From assembly GCA_965285935.1 (NCBI GenBank), contig OZ260661.1, forward strand, positions 56,606,001 to 56,670,000: a DNA stretch of 64,000 bases, written 5' to 3'. Below are positions 47,521 through 61,189 of the stretch, piece after piece. The position numbers and the translations under genes were made by a program. The stretch comes from Ophelia neglecta. Lineage: Eukaryota. Positions within the stretch are counted from its first letter, which is position 1; each line of letters begins with the position of its first letter. Below the pieces are notes generated by a model. It searched no databases. It had not been told where the DNA came from and worked only from the letters and a program-made list of their open reading frames with translations.

Positions 47521-47682
47521 GTGCAATAACTCTGGGAGCAATACATTTTCATGATCTATATTTTATATCTGATAGTTTCAATCATAATCACTATGTCTCA
47601 AACCAAATTTCTTTGTATATAGGGGGTTTTGAGGAGTAATCAAATGGATAGAACTCCTCCTCACAAAGGGTGATGTCATTAC

Positions 47683-48190
47683 CTGTTGGTAGCGCCGACA
47701 TTCGATTAAACAGTGGAAACATTACGGACGAAGCAAAAGAGTATTTCAGCGGTTCACTGTCACCGGCCACAGACAGAACAATATATATATTTGGCTGAAG
47801 GCGTGCGAGAGGGGAAATGACATGGCGCGGAATAGACAACCACGCACCTGATTGTCTGGCAAGTGGCACGTGAGAACCTTAATTCATTAATTTTTGTGGA
47901 AATGATTAGCGTAAACTAAAAAGTAGAATGCTGTAACTCAAATAACACCATAAATAAGACTGCCAACCTGGGAAATACTCGATAAAGCGTTAAAGAAATT
48001 GGACGCAAAATTGACCATTCATACCTCTGAAGGCCGCCATCTTGAGTTCCGGTAGCCCGGATCGAGCCTCGAACTGAATGGAAATTCCTTGCAGGGACTT
48101 TTGCAAGTAGTGTTTCTACCTCATGTCTTGACAGACGGCGCTCGAGCATTACGCAAACAAACATGAAGGAAGTAGTTTACGGCAAAAGAA
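47683..48190 (-). promoter_or_regulatory. Putative HUWE1 promoter and non-coding first exon(s)
   Basis: CpG-enriched patch. YY1 consensus CAAGATGGCGGC (48033-48044) is followed by donor GAG|GTATGA at 48025; second donor CAG|GTAATG at 47683; E-box CACGTG near 47867. A strong acceptor at 45463-45465 precedes the ATG exon. Confidence 0.6.
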
Positions 48191-48589
48191 ACTAGGGGAG
48201 AGTGGGGTTAGTTGATACAGGGGTAAGTTGATACATGATACTGGCCAAAATAAGAGAAATTACCTATATATTCTATCACCACTTGTTGTATACTTTGTGA
48301 ACACCTAGGCCTACGCATTACAACGCCAAAGGAAATTTTAAATATCTGAATAACACAATCCATGCTCCATTGTCGGTGTTAATAGACTGAATGGTACTCG
48401 ATTTATTAGGAGAATGACGAATAAAGACAAATGGTAAAGTCCAATATTATTCTATTAGTAACTTGTAATTTGTTCTTCTCTCTGATAACATATAATAAGT
48501 ACCAATAGAATTGCACTTACTAAAAATAACTCATTCTAACCTACAATATAAGGTCCAGTAGGCCTAACCAATAACCGTGATAATCACAT

Positions 48590-49190
48590 ATTACCCATAA
48601 TAAATCCCGATAACCTGTGATTAAATACGATAATCAGAATAACCTACGATAGAGAACGATAAAAGAAATAACTCTCAATAAACTAAGATAATTCGGGATA
48701 ACACAAGATATCACACAAAAACACATGAAACTCACAATAACCTACGAAAACTACGATAACCTGCAATATAACTCACAATAAAGCATAATAGAACTCAATA
48801 AACCATGATACCCTGCGATACCACAATAAATCACATTAAGGCAATACCAATACAATAATGACCAATACCATAAAAAAAAAGCAATAATGTACAATAGAAT
48901 AAAATAAGTAACAATAACTCATTATAATTTATGATAACTCACAATAATTCATGATAACTCATGATAAACAACGAAAAGTCAGGATAAACCACGATAACTC
49001 ACAATAATTCACGATAGATCTATGCAGCTCACGATTACCTACAATAATTCACGATAACCTAAAATAACTCACGATATACCAGGATAAAGCACGATAAATC
49101 ATAATAATGCATGATAAGCCAAACAATAACTCATACAAGGCCACAATTATCAACAACAAAATCTCACTCCCAATAACACACACTAACTCA
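48590..49190. repeat. Degenerate ~11-bp tandem array (CACGATAACTC-like)
   Basis: Recurrent GATAAC/CAATAA with about 11-nt periodicity. Confidence 0.7.
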
Positions 49191-50159
49191 CACTAATCAA
49201 CAAACCAACAATTGAATGCAACATCTCAAAATTCTTAATTATAGCCACATGATAATACTCGATATTATATAATCACAAGATAGATCTAGTTATACATCCC
49301 AATAGCAAATAAAGTCAAATAGCAAAAAAAAGACAATACCAGTCAGCCTGTCAATTTTATGCCCCCCCCCCCCTCAGAGACACCACCAATTCTGTTTTAC
49401 CCCTATCAGCGACCCCGCTGTTTCTCTAGTACCGCCCCCCCTCCCCGGTCACCTCTCTAGCAACCCCCCCCCCCACGCTCACGGTGGCGTTCCTACCGCA
49501 CTACGTTTTTTGGCAGTACGTGGTTAGGTTTACCTTTCTTTTCTAAGGGTCTTTTTTAATTGATAGAAACAACCAGCTAAAATGGAAACTCCGAAGTGGA
49601 AAGATTACTATTAAATATAGATCTAAACTTAAATAAAATAAAGTGAAATTAATTTAAAACAAATATTGTGTTAAAACAAGTTGAAATTGTCTACCCAGAG
49701 GTATTCTCTGAAATAAGTCGCAGGAACAGCCGAAACAAACCAATCTATGAGTATTGGAAAAATTGTGAAATCCCTACCACAAGACAATATATAATGAAAA
49801 ACATGTTTAAAAAAATGAGTTACAATAAAGAAATTATAGAAAATTGTACACGCATTTACATGGAAGAAGTTCTGTAATAGGGAATAGACGTGTTACAGTG
49901 GATTGGTAGAACCAAATTCTCTACCTTAAAATATTCCAAAGGTATCTATATTTGAGCAAATCACGGCGTTCAACTCTGGGTTATATTATTTCGCCAGTCT
50001 GGGCTATGGACGCTAGACAATACCTGTAAATTCAAAGATATGTCAGTGCATGTGGGCTTGATCAAGTGCAAGGTGCAATCTAGTTACATCGATCTGCCAT
50101 TTGATCTGTAACTTGAAGGTGAACGGATCACGTCTAGAAGTTCTGTTTCGCGGTAAAAA

Positions 50160-52603
50160 ATGGAGTCAATCAGTGACAGCGATATGTGGCTCACCCAGAT
50201 TAGCGCTTTGGATAAAACATTTGATTCCACCAATGTAGCCGAAGCAGCTGAAAGTCTCCTTAACCTCGGCGACACAAGATTCGAGGAGTTTGATGCATAC
50301 ACAGAGCATCCATCTTGTGAAAAGAATAATTTCATGAAGAAGGAGCCAAATAATCAGTACTTGCCCTGCAGTTTTCCGATATATCCGATGGAGAACTTGT
50401 TGCATCTTGCGAAAAAGTGAAATGCTCTTGGGATAAATTTTATAAGGTAAGGTATTATTTCTCAAAAATAAACTTTTATATTCATATTTTTTCGTCTACC
50501 TCTAAGCAGTGGGTTCGTATGCACGAATCTACTGGGACTTCCGAATCCACTTAACGAATAATGGTGTGACGTCATAACAATGTTTCAATAGGTGCTAAAA
50601 GTGACCCTCCAGTAGAACCCGAGTGCTTGGGTTAATAAAAAAAAGGTAGTAATGGTTAAGTATCACATGTCAGTATTTGTAGCCGTACAAAATTAAGGAA
50701 CAACGATACAATTTAAAGTAGGCAGCTTTAGTCTAGCCCCCTTCCAAAGGCGCACAAGCTCCCCCACAACGTCAACGGGATGGACAACTCACCAGCTAGG
50801 GAGAGTTGGACAGTAGATAAAGAGAATAACTAGAAGCCAAGTTTATGTTTAATCCAATGTGAGATAATATATAAAAATTACAATTTACAACGAACAGCTT
50901 TGAATGAATTACAATAAATCATATTTTAACACTACGACAAACAAAGATAAAGAAATCTATAAACATTATGCCTTCATGAGGGTGTACTTCCCTCCAGCTT
51001 TGGGAGTTATTCTGTTCTTTGATTTCACTAAATAAAATACATCTAGGTAAACCCATGGCAGCAATGGCATGTTAGAAATCAATTAAAAACAAAAAACATC
51101 AAGATACTAAATAAAGAGCATAACTAGAAAACACAATAATGTTAAATACAATGTGAGATAATATATAAACATTACGATTAACAACGAACATTGGGTAAAA
51201 AACATAAAATCGTAGCCCAAAAAAATACGAATACTTTAACCTTCCTGCCTTTAGTTTTTATTCTGCCCACTGATTGCACAAAATAAAATACATCTATGTT
51301 AAGATATGGCAGCAAAAGCATACTAAATTCATTTAAATGCTAATAAATGCTTGTAGATAGTAGCTAAAAAGTTAAACTAAAAGACAAGTTGATGCTAAGT
51401 GTGTTGTGGATAAAAAACGATTATCAATGAAGAACATTACATAGAATTACTTTAAATCGTAGCCTAAGTAACATATCAAGTTAAGGGTATTTTATAACTA
51501 GGTTATTCACGCCGAAAAAAGGTAACAACTCCCTTCTGCACTTCATAATGCACACCCACTTGCAAGCAGTATAAAAATGTCTGGCTATACCGTATGATAA
51601 AGGGATTGCTTTTTTTTACAATCCTTAACCATTAACTGATCTTAGGCCTGTACGCTAGCAAGTTTTAATAGCCAACTATTAAGAATAATATGTATAATAT
51701 GGACTTCTTTGTACCTTATTGAAAGCCCGGGCATCAAAGCTCATAAAACCGTGTTGGTCGAAAATTGATTTAAAACAATTATTAAATTATAAATAAAGGT
51801 CTAGGCCTAATTATGAACCACTTTGAATTAATAAGCTGGAGGGCTCACATAGATTACATTATGCTGGGATACAAATTTCGCCTAACCTCCAGTTAAATAT
51901 CGCCCGCCACTTTTCCGATTACTTCACCGGTGAATTAAAGCTCAGGGGTGGGTGAATTGAACAAAACCACTTGATTATTTCATAATGGCTGAGGTTTTTC
52001 TTCCATTGGAAATATACCATCGATTGTTATCAGTTTTAAACAATATTATGCAAAACTTGATGCAAACAGTTTACCAAGCCGGTCCATATAAACTTATTTA
52101 CATGAGAGCATTTTATTGAGTAGTAAAATTTTTACGGGTTTAGAGCTCACAGGTCAGTTGGTATAGCTATTCCGGTTTAAGTACATCGCCGGACACATCT
52201 CTTTTCCCGCATAGTTTCCGATATCAGACATAACGACGGCTTCATGTATAATACTACACTGAACTTTATGAGATGGCCCAGTAGCTAAGAAATTATTCCA
52301 CTTAAGATTATTTCCGGTCTCCCTGTAATTAACGCCTGTATTTCGATCGTGATATTCTGCTAAGAAGTGGTATTCCTAATAAAATCATTGTAAACACAGA
52401 CCGCAAGGGCGAAGCTCCCCAGAATAAGCTATTATGGCAGGAGGAAATTGCTAATGTCCAAATCTCTAGCTTCTTGTCTGGTAAGCCTATAGATATTCTG
52501 TCGGTAATAAAAGAGGACAACTTGGACCAGGAATTTGATGATAATTGGAATAAATTAATTTTTATTTGTTTCAATATAATTTCACTTTACACTTTAAAAT
52601 ATT
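50160..52603 (+). pseudogene. Possible decayed Crypton (tyrosine-recombinase/DUF3504-like) remnants
   Basis: Acidic ORF 50160-50420, a KLRGG*IE fragment near 51940 and RLYFD...GIPNKII...QISSFLSG at 52333-52480 loosely recall Crypton LRGxxE and C-terminal motifs; many stops. Confidence 0.3.
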
Positions 52604-53267
52604 GAAAGATTATCAAATAACAGAGGCACGGTCATATGGTTCCCTTCTTTTACAGGGCTTTACATGTATTCGGGTGGGTTAGGTTTTTGCCATTTAAACA
52701 AAAAAAAAATGCAAAAATGCACACAGATCTAAAGTTGTTCAATAGCCTCTGAGCCTATGTTGTTATTTCGTTAATTTCAACAAGTTTGATTAATTTAATT
52801 CTAAACAGTGCTCAAGCCACTTCCATGTATATCGGTGCCTATGACACAATATACATGCTAGGCCAACAGTTGATTGAGTCGCTGCATGGGCAAAACGCTG
52901 TCAGTTGCGATAACATTTTATTTAACATTTTGTAGAAGAGATGCGCTTGCCTAAAAATTGTCATTCAATCGGCAGATATAATTATTACGTGATAAGGGAT
53001 CGTACGAGTTTTAGGGTACCCTGTATAGGGCTTACAGCTCGCACGAAGCCGGCTATAAGTTTCAACTTAACAAAAATTTCTGTACAGGTGGGAAACTCGC
53101 CCTCGCAGCGAGAAGCGTTGACCTTTGAGCCGCAGCATTGAAACAGCTAAAGCGATGCTCTTAGGCATGCCCCAATGGCTAAGGTATTAATTTGGTCTTA
53201 TGTCGGTACGGATTTCGCTGTTTACTACATACACCAGCCTCATGCGCGCGAACAATATTGACAGTAA

Positions 53268-53607
53268 GGGACGCACCATTAGATATTTGGGGGGGGGGGG
53301 GGCGACAAAATATTTTCTAGTGAAACAAAAAAATTTCTAGCTTTGGTCAAACAAACAATTTATTTTTTCCTATCTGGGAAGCAAACAATTTTTTTTTCTA
53401 ACAAATCTCTGTCAAATATTTTTTCCCTAGCCTTGATCAAACTTTAAAAAAAAAAAAAAAAAAATTTAAAGAAAATATCAGACAAACAATTTATTTTTTC
53501 CAGAGTCAGAAACAAACAATTTTTTATGCATAACCAGAAACAAACAATTTTTTTTTTTAAATTTGTCGCCCCCCCCCCCCCCCCCCAGATATTGAATGGT
53601 CCGTCCC
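53268..53607. mobile_element. PIF/Harbinger (Tourist-like) MITE
   Basis: GGGACGCACCATT/AATGGTCCGTCCC TIRs, TAA on both flanks, internal AAACAAACAATTT repeats. Confidence 0.8.
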
Positions 53608-54630
53608 TAAAGCTGTTATGTACGTAGTATGCATGCATTGAATTCCTGTGCCAGTGCCAAGTAATTGCGAGTTTATTGTTGATAACACTGTTAATTGTTG
53701 TGGCTTACACATTAATGTCATGTATACATTACTGTTGTGTCCTTAAGTTACTGCCATGGGTAGGCCTAAATTTAATAGGGAAGGAGGGGGGAGGGGGGGG
53801 GGGGCTAATCACAGTTAACGTTTACGGAAAATAAAACTGACGAATCCCGTACACACTTCATAAAAAGATTGTTTTTGCGAGCAGCCGCACCAAGAATCTG
53901 ATGAAAATTCACAGGAAATTCAATCTTTCTTTCTCTATTCATAAGAAATCCGGGCGTCTCTTTACAGTTATCGCAAAAAAATTATTCCCGTTTTACAGGC
54001 AATTATTGTTTCACAATACACTTTGAACGAATGATAATAGGCTATAGCTGTTTATATTGCGCCAATCATGGTTACCAAAATACACCATACATGTCTGTAT
54101 AATCTTAATGTTTTTCATTTAATGTTTCTATATTTGAGAATTAACTGTCATTTACTAATATCAAATTTTCTTTTCATTATAGATTCCTTTACAGAGCCCA
54201 AGAAACTCTTACAGATAAATGTCAGTATGGTTTTCTATTTTTTCTTTTCGATATTTTATAATTAACAACGGGGTGACTATTTTATCTTAAATCTATTTTA
54301 TCGTCAAAATGTTCTCAATAAATGTTTGTATTAGTTTAAATAGATTTTTGCTATGATTATTATTTTGCTCTGTTGTAATTCAATTTTAATTTTAATTCTG
54401 TTTAAAATTTCTAATTAATTAAATTGAATATTGTATGTGCTTGATTGTCCTTTTTAATTAAATTGTTAATATTTGTTTTTAACTTAAATGCCGTGTTGTA
54501 ATTTAATTTTAATGTATCTTGCTGGTTAATTAATTATCACAAATGCTTGCTTGTAATTTTATTATAAACTCCCGCTTCTGTTTTATATTATTATTCATGA
54601 TTTTACTTTGTTTTTAACATGTTTTTTTTT

Positions 54631-55557
54631 GTCCTTGGAACTGAGAGGGCACTTCGTGGTTGGGATGTCCACACTTTGTCTGTGGCAGGCGTAAGGGTGG
54701 AGGTGTCTGACAGTCCCATAGGAAATCTTGGTGCCGTCTTTGATCGGCATTTGGACATGTCAGCACATGTGTCTAAAATCATTAAGGGAGCAAGTTTCCA
54801 CCTCAGGAACATAGGGATAGCCCGGAAACGACTTACTACAGAAACCACCAAGATGCTTGTGCAGTCACTTGTCATATCAAGACTTGACTACTGTAATTCG
54901 CTGCTCCTCGGCCTGCCGGACAAGTCGATTGCCAGGCTTCGCACTCTCCATCATCGTGCAGCTCGGATGGTTGTCTGTGCAAAAAAGGTAGACCATATAA
55001 CACCCATACTTAGGGACCTTCACTGGCTGCCCGTCGAAAGCCGCATTCACTTTAAGGTCCTTATTATGGTCTACAAGTCGCTAAATGGGATCGGTCAATC
55101 ATACCTGCGAGATTTGCTGGTTCCATATGTTCCATCTAGAGCCCTTCGCTCAGCAGACCAGCTTCTCCTTGTGCAGCCCAGGGCTAGAATGAAGACTGTT
55201 GGGGATAGAGCATTTGCCATCCATGCTCCTCGTTTGTGGAACAGCTTGCCATTATCCCTCCGCCGCGCTCCTGCATTAAATACTTTTAAGTCAGGTTTAA
55301 AAACTCTTCTATTTAAAGCAGCTTACAACTGTTAATTTCATATATGAATTTTAATTGTTTTTGCAGCAGTTAGAGATGTTCTATCAATTTTTATTTTTAT
55401 TTTATTATTCTTTAGCCTTTAGTATATTGTATTTCCCTTTTATGTTGTCAGGATATTAATTTCAGTTTTAATAACTCTGTAAGGCGCTTTTGAGCATTTG
55501 TTTTAGTGGAAAAGGCGCGGTATAAGTGTCATTTATTATTATTATTATTATTATTAT
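54631..55557 (+). mobile_element. 5'-truncated L2-clade LINE (ORF2 C-terminus, 3' stem-loop, (TTA)n tail)
   Basis: ORF 54619-55335 has NLGAVFD, LVISRLDYCNSLL, DHITPILRDLHWLPV, GDRAF..APRLWNSLP and FKSGLKTLLF. The tail is GCGCTTTT...AAAAGGCGC followed by TTA repeats. Confidence 0.9.
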
Positions 55558-56006
55558 GTGGGTAACTCATTTGTTTAATATATCAAATTGTCTTGTTATT
55601 AATTACATGTATGTATAATTTTATTTGACGCACTTTATTTTATTATGATCATTATTGCGTTTTGTTGTAATTTGATTAAGGTTTTCATGGTAGTTAATGT
55701 ATCACATATCTCATCTCATTGATTGTTGTTTCATTATGTTATCCGTTTTTGTTTTCTATTAATCTTCTAGTTGCGATTTGTATTATCTTTAAAAATTATT
55801 TGTACTTTTTAATTTGAATTTAAAAATTATCTTGCTACAATGTCTTTATTCCCTAGATGTATTTCATGCCATGTAAATGTATGTATTTTTAACTTGTATG
55901 CTTTATTGTGATTTGATTTTAATTTACTGTTCTAATTATTTATCTATTTATTTAGCATTTTCTTTACATTGTGTTGTATTAACTTTATTCTTTTTCTATT
56001 TTTTAT

Positions 56007-56090
56007 TTCAGCCCTCCCCCAAAGGCTGCTACCTTGTCGTGGTGGGGGAGCTTGTGTGCCTTTGGTAAGGGGCCAGACTAAAGCAGCCTA
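56007..56090 (+). other. Structured repeat motif with HDV-ribozyme-like topology (copy on +)
   Basis: P1 CTCCCCC/GGGGGAG, P2 GGCTGCT/AGCAGCC, P3 ACC/GGT with loop TTGTCGT, P4 GCCTT/AGGGGC, J4/2 GACTAA. Homologues on - at 50719-50808 and 58394-58484. Confidence 0.5.
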
Positions 56091-57034
56091 ATGAAGCTTT
56101 TAACTTTGTAGTTCTTAAGGTTCATGAAATAACCCATCATGATGTAGTCTATTGTAATTGTGTGTATATGTGTCTAGCGCTTTCATGACGGATGTTTAAA
56201 GGAGAACCAGATCAATTACCAGGATATAAGAAAATTTTAGCTCTATGAACTCCTAAATTTAGTCCTTTTTTATTTATTTGTAATGGTTTGGCTTATATTT
56301 TTAATTTCGTTCATTCAATCTTATTTAACATAATTCTAACTTAAGTAATTGTTTAATTAGTTTAAATTCATTTACTTACATGCCTCAATACGTTACATTA
56401 TGAATTGTGTGGTATCGGGGAAGTTTCTCCAAAAACCAAGTGCCTCTATGTTTTAAATATTGAAGTTGTGTGACACGGGACCGAGCCCCAAGAAAACACA
56501 TCCATCATGAGCCTGGCCCTTATGGCAGCCACCTTCCGCCCTTCTGGTTGCCGTTAACTCTATAAACATCGCTGTGTGACTGCCTTTTGTGATTAGTTGG
56601 TTTACCTGAAAAGGATAACATAGAAGTAAAGCGGAGTCAATTCACATTGTACCTCCTGATCAGTGGGATTCCCAAAACAATTTAATACGGTGGATGGCGG
56701 CAGCAAAAACCCCAAACACTAGTTTACAGGGTTTGTTGTGCCGCTCAAATCAGACTTTACACTTTCGACTTACGCACCCCTGGCAAGTGAGGCGCCAAAA
56801 TTGAATCAAGTCATACATAAATTAATTCCTTTCCTTTCATTTGAGAACTTCACCCCTTGTGAAATACATTTGATGGTCTGTATCACATTATCAGAACACA
56901 ATTGTATTTTTCTATGGGTATTAGCCTCACTTACCTTAATCGCAGAAGCTGCCATGCAGTACATGACAGATTGCTAGAAAAGCCAATAAGTTTGCTAGCT
57001 ACCACCCAATTAAGCACTACATATTCAACAAAGA

Positions 57035-57121
57035 AATAAACAATAGTATGAAAGTAACTCTCTGCCCCCTGGGTTGAAGCAATAAACAATAGTATGAAAG
57101 TAACTCTCTGCCCCCTGGGTT
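57035..57121. repeat. 41-bp perfect direct duplication
   Basis: AATAAACAATAGTATGAAAGTAACTCTCTGCCCCCTGGGTT at 57035 and 57081. Confidence 0.9.
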
Positions 57122-59924
57122 AACGAAAGAAAAAAATAAGATAAAAGTAACTCTCCAGCCCGTGACTTTTAAAAAGGCCTCTCTATTTTAAAAAGCCACA
57201 TGGATTCTAGATGCCATCGGGAAAAAGCCTTATCATAGAATCCTTACTCTGCCAATTATTTTCAATGAAAGGAATGTAGCCAGGACCTTGAAAAATTGCT
57301 TACTAATAATGAGAAAGCTGCAATTGCAAACATGGTAAGAACAAGGTTAAATAAGCTAGTTTAATCACATTTTAAACTTACAAAATTAATCAAACTAATC
57401 ACATTTATTAATTTGAATAAGAAATTAACATTATAAATAGTGCTACAGAAATTGTTTACTAAAGAAAATGGGAAAATAATTAACCCTGAAATAGGAACCA
57501 CATAATTATATAAGAACAAATTATTATAATTGCAGTCATTATAGAATCAGTTTAGAAAGGCATAAGCTAAAGGCAACTTATCAGTACTTAAATATCAGTG
57601 TGACTTGTACTTTTAAAATTGTAAACAAAGTATATGAAGCTAAAGTAAAAGAAAAAGAAACTATGATTATGTTCACCAGAAAAGACTTGGAAAGGAGAAC
57701 AAGTTGTCAGAATAACTCAAATGAACTAAGTAATTCTATTGCAGCCATTGGATTTTATGAAGAAAAAACAGATTAGATAGTAATAAGATAAGATATCAGT
57801 GACATTACAAATCTCCAAACATGAAACAAAAACTTGTTGAAGTCAATTATGACAGATGGTAATTTCTCATGCTTCATTTTCTGGATAAGGCTGATTCGTG
57901 CTGCACTTTGACCTAAATGTACATCATAAACATTGCTCTCCTTCCTACTATTTATCTACTACTATTACTAAATGCCTCCCCCAACATAACCTTGCTTATC
58001 CTCCCCCAACCCACCTATCCTTAACTATCTTCCCTCACCCCAACCCCTACCCCATCCCATCCCTAACTATGCCTGCCCCCCCCCCTCAACAATTACCACC
58101 CCCCAACCCCACCCCCTACTACCATATAAGAATGCATTTATAAAATTTATAAAAGTAAATGATTTAAAAAGTAGTAAAGTGTTAATTATCAATAAGGGAA
58201 GAATAAATGAAACAAAATCACACAGACATTACATTGATATGGAAACTCGTGGGTGGTCATACCGAGGTAGCAATGAAAACAAGATGTTGTCAATACAGGT
58301 CAATTATAAACTGGCAATCACAATTACATTAGATACCACAAAGCAATATGTTATTTCAAACCAAATTTAGATATAACAACTTAATTAAACTGTGCTGCCT
58401 TAGTCTGGCCTCTCACCAAAGGCACATAACCCCCCCCCCCCCCCTCCGCCCATGACAAGGCAGCAGCTTTTGGGGAGGGCTGAACTAAAAAGGAAAACAG
58501 AAAGAAACAAATTATAATTAACAAAAAGGAGATACCCAAGTATGAACAAGGCAATGAACAGGCAATCCTATATATTTTTAAAGTGTCTTACATTTCCAGA
58601 TACTTATGGTTAAAATGCCCCTCCACCCACCCCTTTTAATAAAACTTACTTCTACATAGAACTATATCACAAATTATCAACAAAATTATCAATTATGACA
58701 AAATTATCATACAGATGTTTAATAAAATTAAATGAAAAGAAATTTTGGCAAGTTGTTATTTATTTATCTAGTATCAACAAATAATTTATGCAAAACAGCA
58801 TTACTGGTAATAATAATTATTTGCAGTGACAAATTGTAACAAGTCAGATGAGTTTCCATTCAACATTCTCATTCTGAACCACACCTCACTGAGCAGGAGT
58901 GGGTTATCCCAGAATGTAGGGCCATATGACTGACAGTAAACAGATTTTTATTAATGCCAGCACCTGTTCAGAATTTATGAACTAAAACAGGTAGATGGCA
59001 TCCGATCACAGATGAATGTGGGGTGAAATAGGTACTAATATTTTGGTGTTTTTTTTGTTATTTTATTTTGATAAACCTATTTTGTATTGATAAACTCATA
59101 AAAAAAACTCATAAAAAAAATAAGGGATTTATTATGAAAATAAATTCAAAATACCATTCCTAAAATTGACCCAGAGGTAACATATGTGTTTGCAATACAT
59201 GGCACTCATCTTTACCATCCATATGGTGTGCTACATTAGAAGGTTGGAAAAACATAAATCTTTATTTGACTCCCAACACACCCACCTGGCTCTGCCATTG
59301 TGGTTTGAAGAAAATGTGTAATGTGTTGTACACGCAGGTGTACAAAATCTGAAGGCTGTCTCTATCTGAAATGGCCCAGTAATAATGAATAAGATTAGAA
59401 CCCATTATCTGTCCCCCAACGACTACTCTTTGAGCCACCCTTACCCTCAGTTTCTGCAATAGACATATATAATGATCATTAGGTATGATTGGGTATGGTA
59501 CATGACCAGGTTCAGAAAAAAACTTTAATCTAGACCTCCCTTCTCTTAAAATGTGTAAACTGTTGCACATCTTGGGTTATAAGTCTACATTATCCTAAAG
59601 TTTTAATAAGTTTTTATAAGTGAGGGAATCCTCCTTATTTTTGTATGGCTATCCCATTGGCATATAATAGTTGCCCACATAAAGTATTGATTGCATGTTT
59701 ACAGCCCATCTCAAGCTTCAAATGATATTCCTAAAAAGCTACATATAAAAAGATTCCAAAATGAAGGGCCTTTAGGTTGGTAAGCTTCTTGTGACTTAAT
59801 ATTGCAAGTCAGCTCAGATACCAACTACCAATATAATGGAGGTTACCTCACTGAGCCAATCTTCTCTAGCCTACCTTCCCGAGCTTACCTCCCAAAGCAA
59901 ACTATAAACATGGAACAACCAAAC

Positions 59925-60090
59925 AACTAGCAAAACCAGCTAATATATATAACACCCAGCAAAACCAGCTAATATATATAACACCCAGCAAAACCAGCTA
60001 ATATATATAACACCCAGCAAAACCAGCTAATATATATAATTATATAACAACCAAGAACCAGCAAAACCAGATAATATATATAACAACCAA
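59925..60090. repeat. 29-bp minisatellite
   Basis: Unit AAAACCAGCTAATATATATAACACCCAGC, about 5 copies, the last ones degenerate. Confidence 0.9.
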
Positions 60091-60389
60091 GGGGCAACAA
60101 GGGGGAGAATGGACAATGTAAACAAATCCCGTTTATTATAAGTAAAACTGTATGCCAATACATAACGTTACACCTTGCCATTCGACCATTCTATTTGTGT
60201 CCGATATAGTAGCCACATACCATGTGCTTTTCAAATAAGTTAATGAGGTTACCTAGATCATCACTAGTGAAGTTCTCATCATCTGCGTTCGTAGAAAGGA
60301 AACCATGATGAAAGAGGGCACTGTGAACTTAGTGGGGCAGGACTAACGTTACAAGTCAGGAGGCCCTATTTTGTTTGGTTCTTGGGCAC

Positions 60390-60470
60390 CACAGGGGCTT
60401 GTGTCAACAAACCTATACTATATAACGTTAAGTGTATATAAATACATAGGCTTTGACACAAACCCCTGTG
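60390..60470. mobile_element. 81-bp MITE (hAT/P-type)
   Basis: CACAGGGGCTTGTGTCAA/TTGACACAAACCCCTGTG TIRs and an 8-bp TSD TTGGGCAC. Confidence 0.85.
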
Positions 60471-61189
60471 TTGGGCACTGCCCATCACGTACCTGATCAG
60501 AGCCGTACACTAAATATCATTCTGAAATCGAGACACTACTTCCAGCAGAGTGTTTCTTTGTCTTTACACTTTCGGTAAATGACATCATTATGCCTACCGT
60601 TAGTCAGAAACTGAAGCAGATTAGTTTATTACCTTTTTATAAAAACCATTTAAATTAAGTGCATGGCAATAAACATAGTAAGAGGATAAAAGATTAACAG
60701 GACCTAAGAACAACATTATAACAGGTAATATACAGGGACACGAAAACATGACCGACCAACACAATCGATTGAAAAGGTAGCCTAGGGTTACTTTTACAAG
60801 TTTTTTTTTATACAAGACCTTAACTCTGTTGCTAATGTATTTTCTCTATCTAGCCAGAAAAACATATTGCGAGTGACATTATTATTATGCCCTTTATTTT
60901 CCCCTCGAGGCACAGAGGAGCATTAACAAATGAACATAATTAAATTACATAAAAATTACTATAAAGTTACCGATTGAAATGGAAAGAAAGCACGAAGAGA
61001 TATATGTTGCACCAGATTAACAATTGGTCCCATAATTGTCTTTTGACGTACCGGTATGTGCTAATTCCACTCTAGTACTTTCAGGACAATTCTAAAAGGC
61101 TGGTGTCTCGCCTCGCAGCGTTGTTAGAGTCAACGTTACTAATGTCTATGCCAATGCCTTCATTAAAACACGCAATTCAGTGCCTACTT

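Noticed and set aside
48192-48235. GGGGAGAGTGGGG pogo-like terminus
   Set aside because: No matching second end found in the window.
56680-57900. RNase H-like (DGGSK) and LINE-like peptide fragments between the ribozyme-like copies
   Set aside because: Too degenerate to assign by eye; needs a translated profile search.
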